The notes beneath the pieces were generated by a model. That model did no database searches. It was not told where the DNA came from and was given only the letters and a program-made list of their open reading frames with translations. Positions 8,830 to 18,842 of a stretch of DNA of 64,000 nt are shown one piece after another. Both the position numbers and the translations under genes were made by a program. Within the stretch, counting starts at the first letter, position 1. Each line of letters begins with the position of its first letter. Source of the stretch: Candidatus Latescibacterota bacterium (GTDB taxonomy: Bacteria > Latescibacterota > UBA2968 > UBA8231); contig OY730476.1 of the NCBI GenBank assembly GCA_963422735.1, positions 2,688,001 to 2,752,000 on the forward strand, in the 5' to 3' direction.

Positions 8830-10752
8830 ATGAGAGGGAATTTGCTGCGACTTTTGTCGGCTGCTCTAGTAGGAAGCTTCTGTTATGGGCTAGCTGAGGT
8901 CGAGGCGCTCACCGTGTATCGCATTGGCGGCGAGGAGTTGCCGCCGCCGGAAGTGGGAGGGAACTTTGAATTTGTCCAGTTATCTTGGGCGGATGTGGAC
9001 GAAAAACGGCTCGGTAGGATAGACCTCTTGGAGGTCGCGACCCATTCTATCGAGCCTCAACGCCTAGATCCCTCCGTCAATCTGACGCCTCTGATTCGGG
9101 AGCGAGGCGGCGGCATACGCTCGAATAATTCCTACGGTTGGCAATCGGAAGCCCTCTTGGACAACTTGATGGACGGCGATCTGACCACTGCTTACTTGGG
9201 AAGCGGTCGTAGCCAGGCGGCCGACTGCCCGCCGTGCAAGAAGGGCATCTGGTTTGAGTTGAACGGACTGTTTCCCATACGACGCATCAAAATTTCTACT
9301 ACGGAGCGCTTTGCCTACCAGCGCTTCATTGAGGTGTTCGAGATAGGCACTAACGATGGCGATTCGCGCAAAAAGGGAACCCGAGAAGGGCAATACCATT
9401 GGCGCGGGGCTTTTCTCGATTATGATATCGCGTTCAAAGTCGCAAATAATTTGGAACCCTTCCTCGATTTAGAAATGCCAGACCGACCCATCGCCGAGAT
9501 TCTTTTTAAGGCACCAGTCGGCAATTGGGAAATCGCCGAATTTGAGGTCTTCGGGGATGGCTTTGCTTCGCAGGCCAGCTATGTATCCAATGTCATTGAT
9601 TTGGGTATGACTTCTAGTCTAGGCGAGTTGACTTGGTCGGGCAGCCGAGATCAGGGAGCAACGGTCAATCTGAGTATGCGCAGCGGCGACGACACGGATC
9701 CCAATTTCTACTGGCGCTTCACGTTCAGAGGCGATGAGCGCTCCCGCTTTGCAACCACTGGCGAACCGCTCACCCTAGACCGCTATAAAAGACTGGAGGA
9801 AGGCGAGAAAGCCGGGATCAGTCCGGACAACGAAAGTTGGGAGTTCTGGACGCCGCCGCTCGACTTCGATAGGGGGCATTCCGAGTTAGTGGGTTTGCGG
9901 CCTCGGCGCTACTTGCAGTTCAAGGCGGACTTCTTCTCGGAGCGAGCCTTTGCGGCCGGACGCATGGAGCACTTGCAGTTTAGCGTCTCCCAACCGCCGG
10001 TGGCTAGCCAAGTGCTGGCCGAGATCGTGCCGCACCAAGTCGAGGTGGGTGAGATCGTCCAATTCATCTACAAAATCCTGCCGAACTTAGAGCAGAATGA
10101 TCTCGGTTTCGACAGCATTGAGATCGACACCCCCATAGAAGTCACGAGCATTGACGCAGTGTACATCGGCGGCGAAGAACAGAATTTTACCATCGCGGAA
10201 AAGGACGCGAAGAGCTTTGTGGTACAATTGCCGCGGATTGATCTCAACCGCACGGGCGAGTTGGTCGAGGTCGAATTTCAGGCCGAGGTATTTCAGGTGG
10301 GCACGGTGTTTTCGGGCCGGGTCTTCGACAGCCAGCGCCCCCACGAAGTGCGCCAGCGCATCACTGAGGGGAACGCCGATGATCTGGCCGAGAGCAATAC
10401 CCTGAGCGTGGGGTTAGGTACGGTGGCCAACCCGGCGGTCAAGGCATTGTGGCTTTCGCCGCGGCTTTTTACCCCCAACGAGGATGGCGTCAACGATGTG
10501 CTACAGATTGAATACGATCTGGTGAACCTCAGCGGTGCTGTGCCCGTGACGATTGATCTCTACGATCTGGCGGGGGTGAAGCGATGCGAGGTGGCCCATA
10601 GTACAGCAGCTAGTGGCCGTTTCTCGGCCACATGGGAAGGCGTGGACGATGTGGGCAACCTGCTACCCCCCGGACTCTATCTCTTGCGTCTCGAAGTGGA
10701 CTCGGACAAGGCCAAGGATGTCGAAGTTGCGATCGTCCGGCTGATTTATTAA
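8830..10752 (+). CDS. Secreted protein with discoidin-like region and C-terminal FlgD Ig-like / T9SS-CTD-like domain
   Basis: AGGAGG RBS, signal peptide; C-terminus LFTPNEDGVND...YDLAG...WEG...PPGLY...IVRLIY; paralogue of 3..1919. Confidence 0.85.
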   Translation: MRGNLLRLLSAALVGSFCYGLAEVEALTVYRIGGEELPPPEVGGNFEFVQLSWADVDEKRLGRIDLLEVATHSIEPQRLDPSVNLTPLIRERGGGIRSNNSYGWQSEALLDNLMDGDLTTAYLGSGRSQAADCPPCKKGIWFELNGLFPIRRIKISTTERFAYQRFIEVFEIGTNDGDSRKKGTREGQYHWRGAFLDYDIAFKVANNLEPFLDLEMPDRPIAEILFKAPVGNWEIAEFEVFGDGFASQASYVSNVIDLGMTSSLGELTWSGSRDQGATVNLSMRSGDDTDPNFYWRFTFRGDERSRFATTGEPLTLDRYKRLEEGEKAGISPDNESWEFWTPPLDFDRGHSELVGLRPRRYLQFKADFFSERAFAAGRMEHLQFSVSQPPVASQVLAEIVPHQVEVGEIVQFIYKILPNLEQNDLGFDSIEIDTPIEVTSIDAVYIGGEEQNFTIAEKDAKSFVVQLPRIDLNRTGELVEVEFQAEVFQVGTVFSGRVFDSQRPHEVRQRITEGNADDLAESNTLSVGLGTVANPAVKALWLSPRLFTPNEDGVNDVLQIEYDLVNLSGAVPVTIDLYDLAGVKRCEVAHSTAASGRFSATWEGVDDVGNLLPPGLYLLRLEVDSDKAKDVEVAIVRLIY

Positions 10753-10777
10753 CCCTCCAAACTATGGTTTTAGCTTT

Positions 10778-12454
10778 ATGAAAAATGGAATACTGCGCTC
10801 TTATCTGGGCGTTTGTATCCTAGGGCTCTCGTTCCCCTGTGCAGCCCAAGACGATGTAGTGCTTGCCCAGATAGAAGACCACCCCATCGCCGTCAGCGAG
10901 TTCAGAGCCTTTGCCGCGAACATTCCCAAAGCCTATCAGATGGGTAAGACCGGTATCGAAGCCAACCGGATTCTGCTCAACGGACTGATCGACAAAAAAC
11001 TATTGCTCGCCGAAGCGGAACGAGCTGGCATTGGCGACGAATTGGAGTTTAAGCGCAAGGTTGAGCAGTTCGCCCAAGACCAGACCGTAAGGCTCTACAA
11101 AAGTAGCGAGATTGATCAGCAGGTTTCCATTGCCAAAGAGGAGTTGATGCAGCACTACCGGGATTCGCACCGGGATCGAGCGTTGCGCTATGCGGGTATT
11201 TTGGTAGCGACCCGGGACGAGGCCCTTGAACTGCTCGACGAACTGGAGGCTGGTGCTGATTTCCGCCAACTGGCCAGAGAGCACTCGCTCTACGAGGCGA
11301 CGCGGGATCAAGGCGGGGATGTGGAAAAGTACTATGCGATTGACGATACGGCTCCACCGCTCCGGAGTATCTTTTCCATGCAGGTCGGCGAGATCTCCGA
11401 GCCACTGCCGTGGGGCGGCGACCCGCAGCGCTATGTGATCGTCAAGGTTTTAGACGACGCTCCGATCGCCTTTCGGGAGGTGGCCCAGTTCGTCAGGGAA
11501 GAGGTCTTCGCCCAAAAGCGCCTACAGCGTGCCCTAGTTCTGCGCGATTCGCTCAGCGGTCAGTACGCGCCGCAGATTCACTACGACAAGATAGACCATG
11601 TACTGATGCGTCTAGCGCTGTCGCCTGAAGAACGGGTAGCGTTGCCCGAGGAGGGCGAAGAGGTATTGTGCCACTACAAAGGCGGAGTGCTCACCATTGA
11701 CGATCTCGTCCTGAGCGCACCGGAGAAAGAAGAGGGTTATTCTCGCGATTACGAGCGAGACTGGATCGTCGATTATCTACAGGATGCGGCCATCCCCAAT
11801 CGGATATTTCTGGAAGAGGCCCGCGGCAAGGGACTGGACAAACATCAGGTGATCCTCGCGGCGGTGGCTAATAAGCGCAGCGATATGCTGGTGAGCGCGT
11901 TGAGAAAGCGAGAGGTTGAGGAGCGGCTGCCGCCGATCACCGATGCAGAGGCGCGCGCCTTTTACGATCAAAATCCCGAGAAGTTTCAAGGCTTTGAGAA
12001 CATTGTCGCGACCGAGATTCTGGTGGCCTTTAAGGAGCAGGCCCACAGTCTAAAAGAGGAGTTGGTGGGGGGTGCCGACGCGGTGCAATTGGCTAGGGAC
12101 TATACGATTCGCAAAGAGCGGGCGCACCACGAGGGGCGGTTGGTCTTGAGTCCGGTAGGGCTGTACCAAGATATCTACAAAGTAGCCAAAAATCTGCAGG
12201 TGGGGGATGTGGGGGGACCGGTAAAGGTGAGAGGGGGGTATTCGGTTTTCAAGGTGGAGGAGAAACAGCCCCCCCCCAAGAAGCCCTACCACATTTTTTC
12301 GCAGCGGCGGGCACGAGCTTATGTAAAAATTGCACGTTCGCAAAAGGCGTACGTGCAGTATATGCGCGGATTGCACAAGAAGTACTCGGTCGAGATTTTC
12401 GAGGATAACTTGATAAAAGTGCAGGAAGAGGAGGAAGCCGTGAAGGGGGGATGA
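10778..12454 (+). CDS. Periplasmic peptidyl-prolyl isomerase (SurA/PrsA-like, two parvulin domains)
   Basis: Signal peptide; GADFRQLAREHS...GGDV...VGEISEP and GADAVQLARDYT...VGDVGGPVKVRGGYSVFKV rotamase motifs. Confidence 0.85.
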   Translation: MKNGILRSYLGVCILGLSFPCAAQDDVVLAQIEDHPIAVSEFRAFAANIPKAYQMGKTGIEANRILLNGLIDKKLLLAEAERAGIGDELEFKRKVEQFAQDQTVRLYKSSEIDQQVSIAKEELMQHYRDSHRDRALRYAGILVATRDEALELLDELEAGADFRQLAREHSLYEATRDQGGDVEKYYAIDDTAPPLRSIFSMQVGEISEPLPWGGDPQRYVIVKVLDDAPIAFREVAQFVREEVFAQKRLQRALVLRDSLSGQYAPQIHYDKIDHVLMRLALSPEERVALPEEGEEVLCHYKGGVLTIDDLVLSAPEKEEGYSRDYERDWIVDYLQDAAIPNRIFLEEARGKGLDKHQVILAAVANKRSDMLVSALRKREVEERLPPITDAEARAFYDQNPEKFQGFENIVATEILVAFKEQAHSLKEELVGGADAVQLARDYTIRKERAHHEGRLVLSPVGLYQDIYKVAKNLQVGDVGGPVKVRGGYSVFKVEEKQPPPKKPYHIFSQRRARAYVKIARSQKAYVQYMRGLHKKYSVEIFEDNLIKVQEEEEAVKGG

Positions 12455-13485
12455 GTATGGCTAGTTGGAGATTGGGTTTTGCAGTATCTGTCTTGGGTAT
12501 CGTCCTTTGGGTCGGCTGTCAGGGGGAGGCTGAAGAGCCGCTAGCTGTTGGTGGGATTGGGGCGATAACTATTGGGTCTCAGGAAGAGTTAGATGCTTGG
12601 GCAGGGGCACAGAAGGGAGCCTTTGTGGTGCAGGGGGATTTTTTATTTGAGAATGCGTATTTGAGTAGTATGGAGCCGCTGCACAATCTGGCCGGAGTAG
12701 AGGGAGATTTAGTTATTCGGAATAATGGAGCATTGACGGACCTGAAGGGGCTGCACAATCTCGGCTATGTAGAGGGGAATTTCCATATTCTCGCCAATGG
12801 ATTGATTGAACTCGAAGGGCTAGAACGGCTAGAGCGCGTGGGGGAAAATTTTGAGATTAGTTGCAATTTTTCGCTGCGGGACTTGGATGGGCTTAAAGCG
12901 CTCAGGCGCGTCGGTGGCCACCTCTTTGTCGATGCCACGACCGAGCTGATGCACATAGATGGTCTGAGCGGGATGACCCACGTGGGAGGTAGCATCAAAA
13001 TCAGGGATAATAAGGCCCTGCGCGATCTAAAAGGGTTGGGCAGCCTCTCAGTGGTGGAAGAGGATTTGCTGCTCATATTCAATGGTGCGCTCAAAGACCT
13101 ACGGGGTTTGAATGGGATTGCGACTATTAGGGGCGGGTTGACCATTGATGGACATCCCGTACTCAAGAATTTGGAGGGATTGGACGCTCTGGCAGAGGTC
13201 GGAGGCACTTTGAGCATAAACAGCAACCAAGCCCTGCAAAACCTGAATGGACTGGACGATCTCAGGCAGGTGGGTAAAAGTCTCTACATTGGCGGCAATG
13301 CCCTCCTGAGCAACTTAGATGGGCTGGCCAAGTTGGGTCAGGTCGGCACCGGAGAGCGGGACTTGATGATTGTCGAATTGAACCCCTTGTTGCCTATGAG
13401 TACTGGTTATGAACTAGCCGAACGCCTCGGATTGGCCGAGCATCAGTTCATCGTCTTCGACAATTTGTCGGCCGGTTCGCCGTAA
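12451..13485 (+). CDS. Receptor-L-domain (LRR-like) repeat lipoprotein
   Basis: ATGA overlap with the PPIase; lipobox-like LWVGC; about 10 tandem ~25 aa repeats LxxLxGLxxLxxVxGxLxIxxN. Confidence 0.8.
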   Translation: MSMASWRLGFAVSVLGIVLWVGCQGEAEEPLAVGGIGAITIGSQEELDAWAGAQKGAFVVQGDFLFENAYLSSMEPLHNLAGVEGDLVIRNNGALTDLKGLHNLGYVEGNFHILANGLIELEGLERLERVGENFEISCNFSLRDLDGLKALRRVGGHLFVDATTELMHIDGLSGMTHVGGSIKIRDNKALRDLKGLGSLSVVEEDLLLIFNGALKDLRGLNGIATIRGGLTIDGHPVLKNLEGLDALAEVGGTLSINSNQALQNLNGLDDLRQVGKSLYIGGNALLSNLDGLAKLGQVGTGERDLMIVELNPLLPMSTGYELAERLGLAEHQFIVFDNLSAGSP

Positions 13486-13515
13486 AACATCTCTAAATCC
13501 CGCTGCACTCCATAC

Positions 13516-15219
13516 ATGGTCGTCCTCTTCCGCCGATTCCATCCCGGCAGATCGGTCCTGTGCTCTCTACTCGCTATCTCAGCCTGCTACTTAGCCGCTC
13601 TCTGCGTCCTCGAAAAACGCGGCTTTTGGATTACCGATAACGCCAACAAATTCCTCCAAGTCCAAGCCGTAGCCAACAGCCGCTACACAGACTTTTCCAT
13701 CCCTTGGCCGGGGCAGATCGTCGACCCTGACTTCATTTACAATCCCCTGCCTTACTATTTCACGCGCGTCGAGTCCGGCAAACTCTATTCAGTCTTCTCA
13801 CCGGTCTTTGCCCTTATCTCCGCCCTTTTCTTTGTCTATTTAGGCCATTGGGGTCTTTATCTGTTGCCGGCCCTCTCCTCGCTGATCATGCTGGCTGGCT
13901 TGGCCCAAGTGGCGCGTTTGATCTCCCAGCGAATTGTGGTCGGGCATACCGCCGTCCTCACGGCCGGACTCTGTACGCCGGTATTCTTCTACAGTCTCGT
14001 CTTCTGGGAACACACCCCGGCGATTTGCTTGGGAATTTGGAGTGTGCGCTATCTGTTGCAGTTTCTCGCAGACTCCGCCCCCAAGCACCTATTCTTGGGC
14101 ATGGCCGCCGCCGGACTATCGGTCTATTTCAGAGACGAGTTCTATTTGCTGTGCCTAGTGCTGGCCCTATGCACCGCCTTGTATGTCAGCGCAGGCAGAT
14201 TAAAAATTCTCGTCTCGTCAGCCCTAATCCTCTTGGTTTCCCTCCTGCCGCTCTGGCTCTTCCAATGGCTGACCATCGGCCATCCCTTCGGGTACCATTT
14301 GAATACGCATCTATCCACTGCCGCCGACTGGGTCCACCATCTCGAGGCGCGGCCGCGGGTATTCTACAATCTCTTCATAGCTTCCAACCCGATCCCCGCC
14401 CTATCCCTCGTCCTCACCCTTCCGTTCGTCCTCGCCTTTGTCCTCAGCCCGCGCTTCGCGTCCCCAGCTTTGCAAAGGGCCGTGCCCGCGTACAGTGCTG
14501 TGGCCCTGATGAACGCCGGTTTATCCCTCGGGGGCTATTTCTTTTCCGCGAGCCCCATCAACTACATGCTCAAATCGTCCAATGCTCTCTTTGCCTCGGC
14601 ACCCTTTGTAGCCCTAGCCTTCTTGCGTTCGGCCGATGCCGACGCGCCTATAAGACGCTGGATTTGGCTGGTCGCCCTGAGCTTTGCCGCCCTCTACGCC
14701 TTGACCGCACCCAAGGTGGGTTCCATGGGCATCCACTGGGGCAACCGCTACTTTCTAATCCTCTACCCGCTCTTCGCGGTCTTAGCGGCCGGAAACTTGA
14801 CTGACTGGCTAGACCGCCAACGGTCCTACTTCAGCGTAGGCGTCCTCGCTGTGGGTGCCGTTATAGCGCTGAGCTTTGCCGCTCAAGTGTATGGAATTTC
14901 GATTCTCGCGGAGAAGAAATCCTTCTCCTATCGCCTCAATAGCGAGATGCGCCAGCGCAGCGAAGAGGTCGTCATCACCAACCAGCGCTGGGTTCCCCAC
15001 GCCCTCTGCGGCGAATTTTACCAACGGCCCTTCTTCTACGTCGCCACCCCCAGACACTACGAGCACCTAGTGCAACGCCTTTCAGACCGGGGGTACAAAT
15101 CCTATATTTTTCTCACCCAAGACCGCGGCGGCCCTCTACAACCCACCGTGGAAGTGGACGATGGGTACTTGAACTACTTCGATCTCCAGTTTTTTTCTCA
15201 AAAAATTCTCGCTCCCTAG
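13516..15219 (+). CDS. Polytopic membrane protein, putative GT-C-fold glycosyltransferase
   Basis: Many hydrophobic segments; acidic loop FWITDNANKFLQ after the first TM; YSLVFWEH and WGNRY motifs as in PMT-like GT-C proteins. Confidence 0.65.
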   Translation: MVVLFRRFHPGRSVLCSLLAISACYLAALCVLEKRGFWITDNANKFLQVQAVANSRYTDFSIPWPGQIVDPDFIYNPLPYYFTRVESGKLYSVFSPVFALISALFFVYLGHWGLYLLPALSSLIMLAGLAQVARLISQRIVVGHTAVLTAGLCTPVFFYSLVFWEHTPAICLGIWSVRYLLQFLADSAPKHLFLGMAAAGLSVYFRDEFYLLCLVLALCTALYVSAGRLKILVSSALILLVSLLPLWLFQWLTIGHPFGYHLNTHLSTAADWVHHLEARPRVFYNLFIASNPIPALSLVLTLPFVLAFVLSPRFASPALQRAVPAYSAVALMNAGLSLGGYFFSASPINYMLKSSNALFASAPFVALAFLRSADADAPIRRWIWLVALSFAALYALTAPKVGSMGIHWGNRYFLILYPLFAVLAAGNLTDWLDRQRSYFSVGVLAVGAVIALSFAAQVYGISILAEKKSFSYRLNSEMRQRSEEVVITNQRWVPHALCGEFYQRPFFYVATPRHYEHLVQRLSDRGYKSYIFLTQDRGGPLQPTVEVDDGYLNYFDLQFFSQKILAP

Positions 15220-15265
15220 CTATGATGGTCGCACGACCTTCGTCTTTGATCTCGCAGCAAAAGCG

Positions 15266-16903
15266 ATGCACGCGCTAGTAAGCGGGGTCCTCATCCTCCT
15301 GTGTACGGCTCTTCTATTAGCCCAACCACTGCCTACTCAGTTCACCGATCAAGCCGCCGCACTCGGCATCACTGCACGGAATGTCTCGGGCAGCACCCAA
15401 GAATACATCGTTGAAACCGCTGTGGGAGGCACGGCCTTTTTCGACTACGACAGCGATGGCGATGTTGATCTATACGTCGCCAACGGCTCCCGCTTTGAAG
15501 GATTTCCTCTAGGCCAAGAGCCGACTAACCACCTCTACCGCAACCACGAGGATCGCTTTTTCGACATCACTACCGCCGCTGGGGTGGGCGATACGAGTTG
15601 GTCCATGGGTTGTGCCGCTGCGGACTACGACAATGATGGCGATCTGGACCTGTATGTGACCAACTTCGGCCGCAATACCTTCTACCAGAATCAGGGCGAT
15701 GGCACGTTTGAAGATGTTACTGAAAAAGCTGGCGTCGGGGACCAAAGATGGGGCGTCGGCTGCGCTTTCGGCGATGCTGATCTAGACGGCTACGTCGATC
15801 TATACGTGGCCAATTATATCGACTTTTCGCGGGACTATACTTCTACTGTCCCCTGCGTGTGGAAGACCGTCGATATTTTTTGCGGTCCGCGCGGCTTGCT
15901 TCCCGCCGCCGATGTATTCTACCACAACAGCGGCGACGGCACCTTGGCCGACCGCAGCGAGGAAGCCGGCATTGTCGGCGCAAAGTACTATGGGTACGGA
16001 GTCGTCTTCGGCGATTTCGACCGCGATGGCTGGCCCGATATTTTCGTTGCCAACGACTCGGCACCGAACAATTTGTACCAAAACCAAGGCGATGGCACCT
16101 TTGTCGATGAGGGCCTCAGCGCGGGCGTGGCTTATAGCGGCGACGGCACCGAACAAGGATGTATGGGTGCGGCGGTCGGCGATTACGACAACGATGGCTA
16201 CTTCGATATCTTTGTCACCAACTTTGAAGGCGAGTACAATACTCTCTACAAAAATCAGCGCGGTGGATTTTTCCTCGACGTATCCTTCGTATCTCACATT
16301 GCGGCGCGAGGCATTCCCGAGGTGGGGTGGGGCGCAGGGTTTTTCGACTTTGACAACGATGGCGACCAAGACCTTTTCGCGGCCAATGGCCACACCTATC
16401 CCCAAGCTGACTTGCCCCATACCAATAGCAGCTATGCCGAGCCTAATTTTCTCTACCAAAACTTAGGCGACGGCACCTTTGCCGAGGTTTCTGCACGCGC
16501 CGGCTCGGGCTTTACCATAGTCGAGGTGAGCCGAGGTGCGAGCTTTGCCGACTACGACCGCGACGGCGATATCGACCTCTTTGTCTTAAATCTCAACAGC
16601 ACTCCCAACCTCCTACGCAACGATGGCGGCAACGAAGGCAATTACTTGCAGATCGCCACCGTAGGCACCCGCAGCAACCGAGACGGAATCGGCACCCGAA
16701 TCGAGATAAGTGCCCAAGGCAAGCGCCAGACCGCCGAGGTGCGCAGTGGCACTGGCTTCCTCTCCCACAGCGATCTCAAGGTACACTTTGGTTTGGGTAC
16801 CGCCTCCATGGTTGAAAGCGTCGTCCTCTACTGGCCCAGTGGCACGGTCCAGATTCTGCGCGATGTGGCGGCCAATCAGGTACTAACCGTGCGCGAACCT
16901 TAA
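15266..16903 (+). CDS. CRTAC1-family protein (FG-GAP/VCBS repeats + ASPIC/UnbV domain)
   Basis: Repeated DYDNDGDxDLYVxN motifs; C-terminal SNRDGIG...SGTGFLSH...HFGLG...WPSG. Confidence 0.9.
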   Translation: MHALVSGVLILLCTALLLAQPLPTQFTDQAAALGITARNVSGSTQEYIVETAVGGTAFFDYDSDGDVDLYVANGSRFEGFPLGQEPTNHLYRNHEDRFFDITTAAGVGDTSWSMGCAAADYDNDGDLDLYVTNFGRNTFYQNQGDGTFEDVTEKAGVGDQRWGVGCAFGDADLDGYVDLYVANYIDFSRDYTSTVPCVWKTVDIFCGPRGLLPAADVFYHNSGDGTLADRSEEAGIVGAKYYGYGVVFGDFDRDGWPDIFVANDSAPNNLYQNQGDGTFVDEGLSAGVAYSGDGTEQGCMGAAVGDYDNDGYFDIFVTNFEGEYNTLYKNQRGGFFLDVSFVSHIAARGIPEVGWGAGFFDFDNDGDQDLFAANGHTYPQADLPHTNSSYAEPNFLYQNLGDGTFAEVSARAGSGFTIVEVSRGASFADYDRDGDIDLFVLNLNSTPNLLRNDGGNEGNYLQIATVGTRSNRDGIGTRIEISAQGKRQTAEVRSGTGFLSHSDLKVHFGLGTASMVESVVLYWPSGTVQILRDVAANQVLTVREP

Positions 16904-16907
16904 AAGC

Positions 16908-18836
16908 CTACCACCGCGTCACTACTGCGTTCCACCCTGCAATCAGATCTACCGCCATCCACAAACCCGCACTGCTAGCTTGACCCAACACCATGCCAAG
17001 AAAAAAGGGCCGCAGTCGGCGAAAGAGTTTGACGCCGCCGTACTTCAGTACGATCCATTTCGCCAGCCAACCCAGCGCCATACTCGACCAAGCAAAAAAC
17101 ATCACATAGGTCCCCCCCACCGGTAGGCCGATCGGGTGGATGGGCCACCACAAGAAGCGGTGGCGCAGGTACAACAACAAAAACATCAGCCCGGCTCCCA
17201 AGCCGGTAAACGCGCCCCTTGGGCCCCAGAAATTCCACTCGGCCACCGGATTGAGCTGATTTGCCGCCATATCGTTAAATGTCCAGCGGCCCATAATGCT
17301 GTAAAACCAGTAGTGTAGATTGACGCCGCCGTAGGTATAGGCAATGGAAAGTACCGTCCAAGCCGAGGCGACCAAACTCACGGCGATGGCGATGAGCAAG
17401 GCCCAAAAGAGCGGCGGCCGGCGCGTCCTGACAACGTCGGCCAGCCGGGTGCTGTTGGAAGCCGCTGCCATAACGGTCGTGCGGATGTCCCCGGCCCAGC
17501 CATTGGCAAACCCGAGCACCATCAAACCTCGCGGCCCAATGGGTGCCGTGCCCAGCGCATTGATCGCAAAGGCTGTTGGCGTCATCTGCGCCCGGCCATA
17601 CCCCATGCCTCCTTCGGCGACAATCCGCGTCAAACCGACGAATACCACAAAGGCGATAACGAGCAACAAAAGCGCCGCCCCCACGGGCAATCCCGCGCTT
17701 TTCAACCATATAACCGCATAGAGGAAGGCCCCGATCAGGAGCCACACTGCCTTGCGGTAGGAGAGCATCTGCCCGGCGTCCTTCTTTTGCCATGCCCCAA
17801 AGACAACCTCTTTTAGATGTCGGCGGGCGGTCCACAAGCTGGCCGCCACGAGGGCAATCAATGCCCCCATGGCCTGCTGGGCAGTGGCGATTGATCCTTC
17901 GGTGTGCATCAGCCGGATTTCTGCAATGCTGAACCCGAGGGTGTTGAAAAGGCCCAACTGGAAGAAATTGAGCAAGTAGAAAAACCACAGACTAAAGGAG
18001 ACCTCTAAACTCAGGAAGTACGTCAGGCCAAGGACGATAAACCACAAGTTGAACAAGACGCCCCGCATGTCGTGGAAGACGGCCAATTGGGTTGATAACT
18101 GGATGGGGGGCACAAAGGGATAGTACTTGTGCAGGGCATTGATTCCCAATAGGACGAAGGGAACGGCAAACCCCAACCACATCAGCGGTTCCTTCAGAAA
18201 GGGATTGATCGCCGAGGGCCTGTCGTCCTCGTGGATCATGTACAGCGGCAACTGGACGAGAGGAAAGATCAAGCGCTCGTTGCGGGCCCATTGTTCGTGG
18301 AGCAGAGCCGACAGGGCGATCATCATCAAATAGAGTGCGCCCAAAAAAGAAGCCCACGCCAACAGGGGCACCAACCATGCTCCCCAAGGGATGGCTACCT
18401 CTTTGGGCAACCCTTCGTAGAAGTACTTGACCGCCATCGGGTCTTGAGGTGCCAGCCACGGCTGGATATAGGGGTGGAGCAGTTCGGCCCAGTTGTTTTC
18501 CGGCGTGGCATAGTAATAAACCCCGGCCAAAAAGGGGACCAATTGAGCCGTGACTCCGGTGGAGGGAATAGCCGAGGCCGCGACCATCATGGCGTAGATC
18601 ACCACCAATTCACGGGCCGATAAGCTCCATTTGCGCCCGATCCATTTGAGTGGAATGTTGACCAACAGCAGGAGAAAGAGGAGAAAAATCGCGCTCAGGG
18701 CGATGAAATCTCCGGTCCAATCGAGAGTCCCCATCACCAAGAGGCCATAGGGAAAAACCGTGTTGATCACCGCGGCCATCAAAGCGCCGACGAGCAAGGC
18801 CCGATACGGCATCCATCCTTTGTCGCTGGCGGTCAT
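16908..18836 (-). CDS. DUF6785/DUF6784-like integral membrane protein (putative permease)
   Basis: Highly hydrophobic; YYYATPENNW, WxxNERLIFPLVQLP, RIVAEGG, WWPIHPIG, KYGG...RPFFLG motifs. Confidence 0.75.
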   Translation of the reverse strand: MTASDKGWMPYRALLVGALMAAVINTVFPYGLLVMGTLDWTGDFIALSAIFLLFLLLLVNIPLKWIGRKWSLSARELVVIYAMMVAASAIPSTGVTAQLVPFLAGVYYYATPENNWAELLHPYIQPWLAPQDPMAVKYFYEGLPKEVAIPWGAWLVPLLAWASFLGALYLMMIALSALLHEQWARNERLIFPLVQLPLYMIHEDDRPSAINPFLKEPLMWLGFAVPFVLLGINALHKYYPFVPPIQLSTQLAVFHDMRGVLFNLWFIVLGLTYFLSLEVSFSLWFFYLLNFFQLGLFNTLGFSIAEIRLMHTEGSIATAQQAMGALIALVAASLWTARRHLKEVVFGAWQKKDAGQMLSYRKAVWLLIGAFLYAVIWLKSAGLPVGAALLLLVIAFVVFVGLTRIVAEGGMGYGRAQMTPTAFAINALGTAPIGPRGLMVLGFANGWAGDIRTTVMAAASNSTRLADVVRTRRPPLFWALLIAIAVSLVASAWTVLSIAYTYGGVNLHYWFYSIMGRWTFNDMAANQLNPVAEWNFWGPRGAFTGLGAGLMFLLLYLRHRFLWWPIHPIGLPVGGTYVMFFAWSSMALGWLAKWIVLKYGGVKLFRRLRPFFLGMVLGQASSAGLWMAVDLIAGWNAVVTRW

Positions 18837-18842
18837 AGACCC

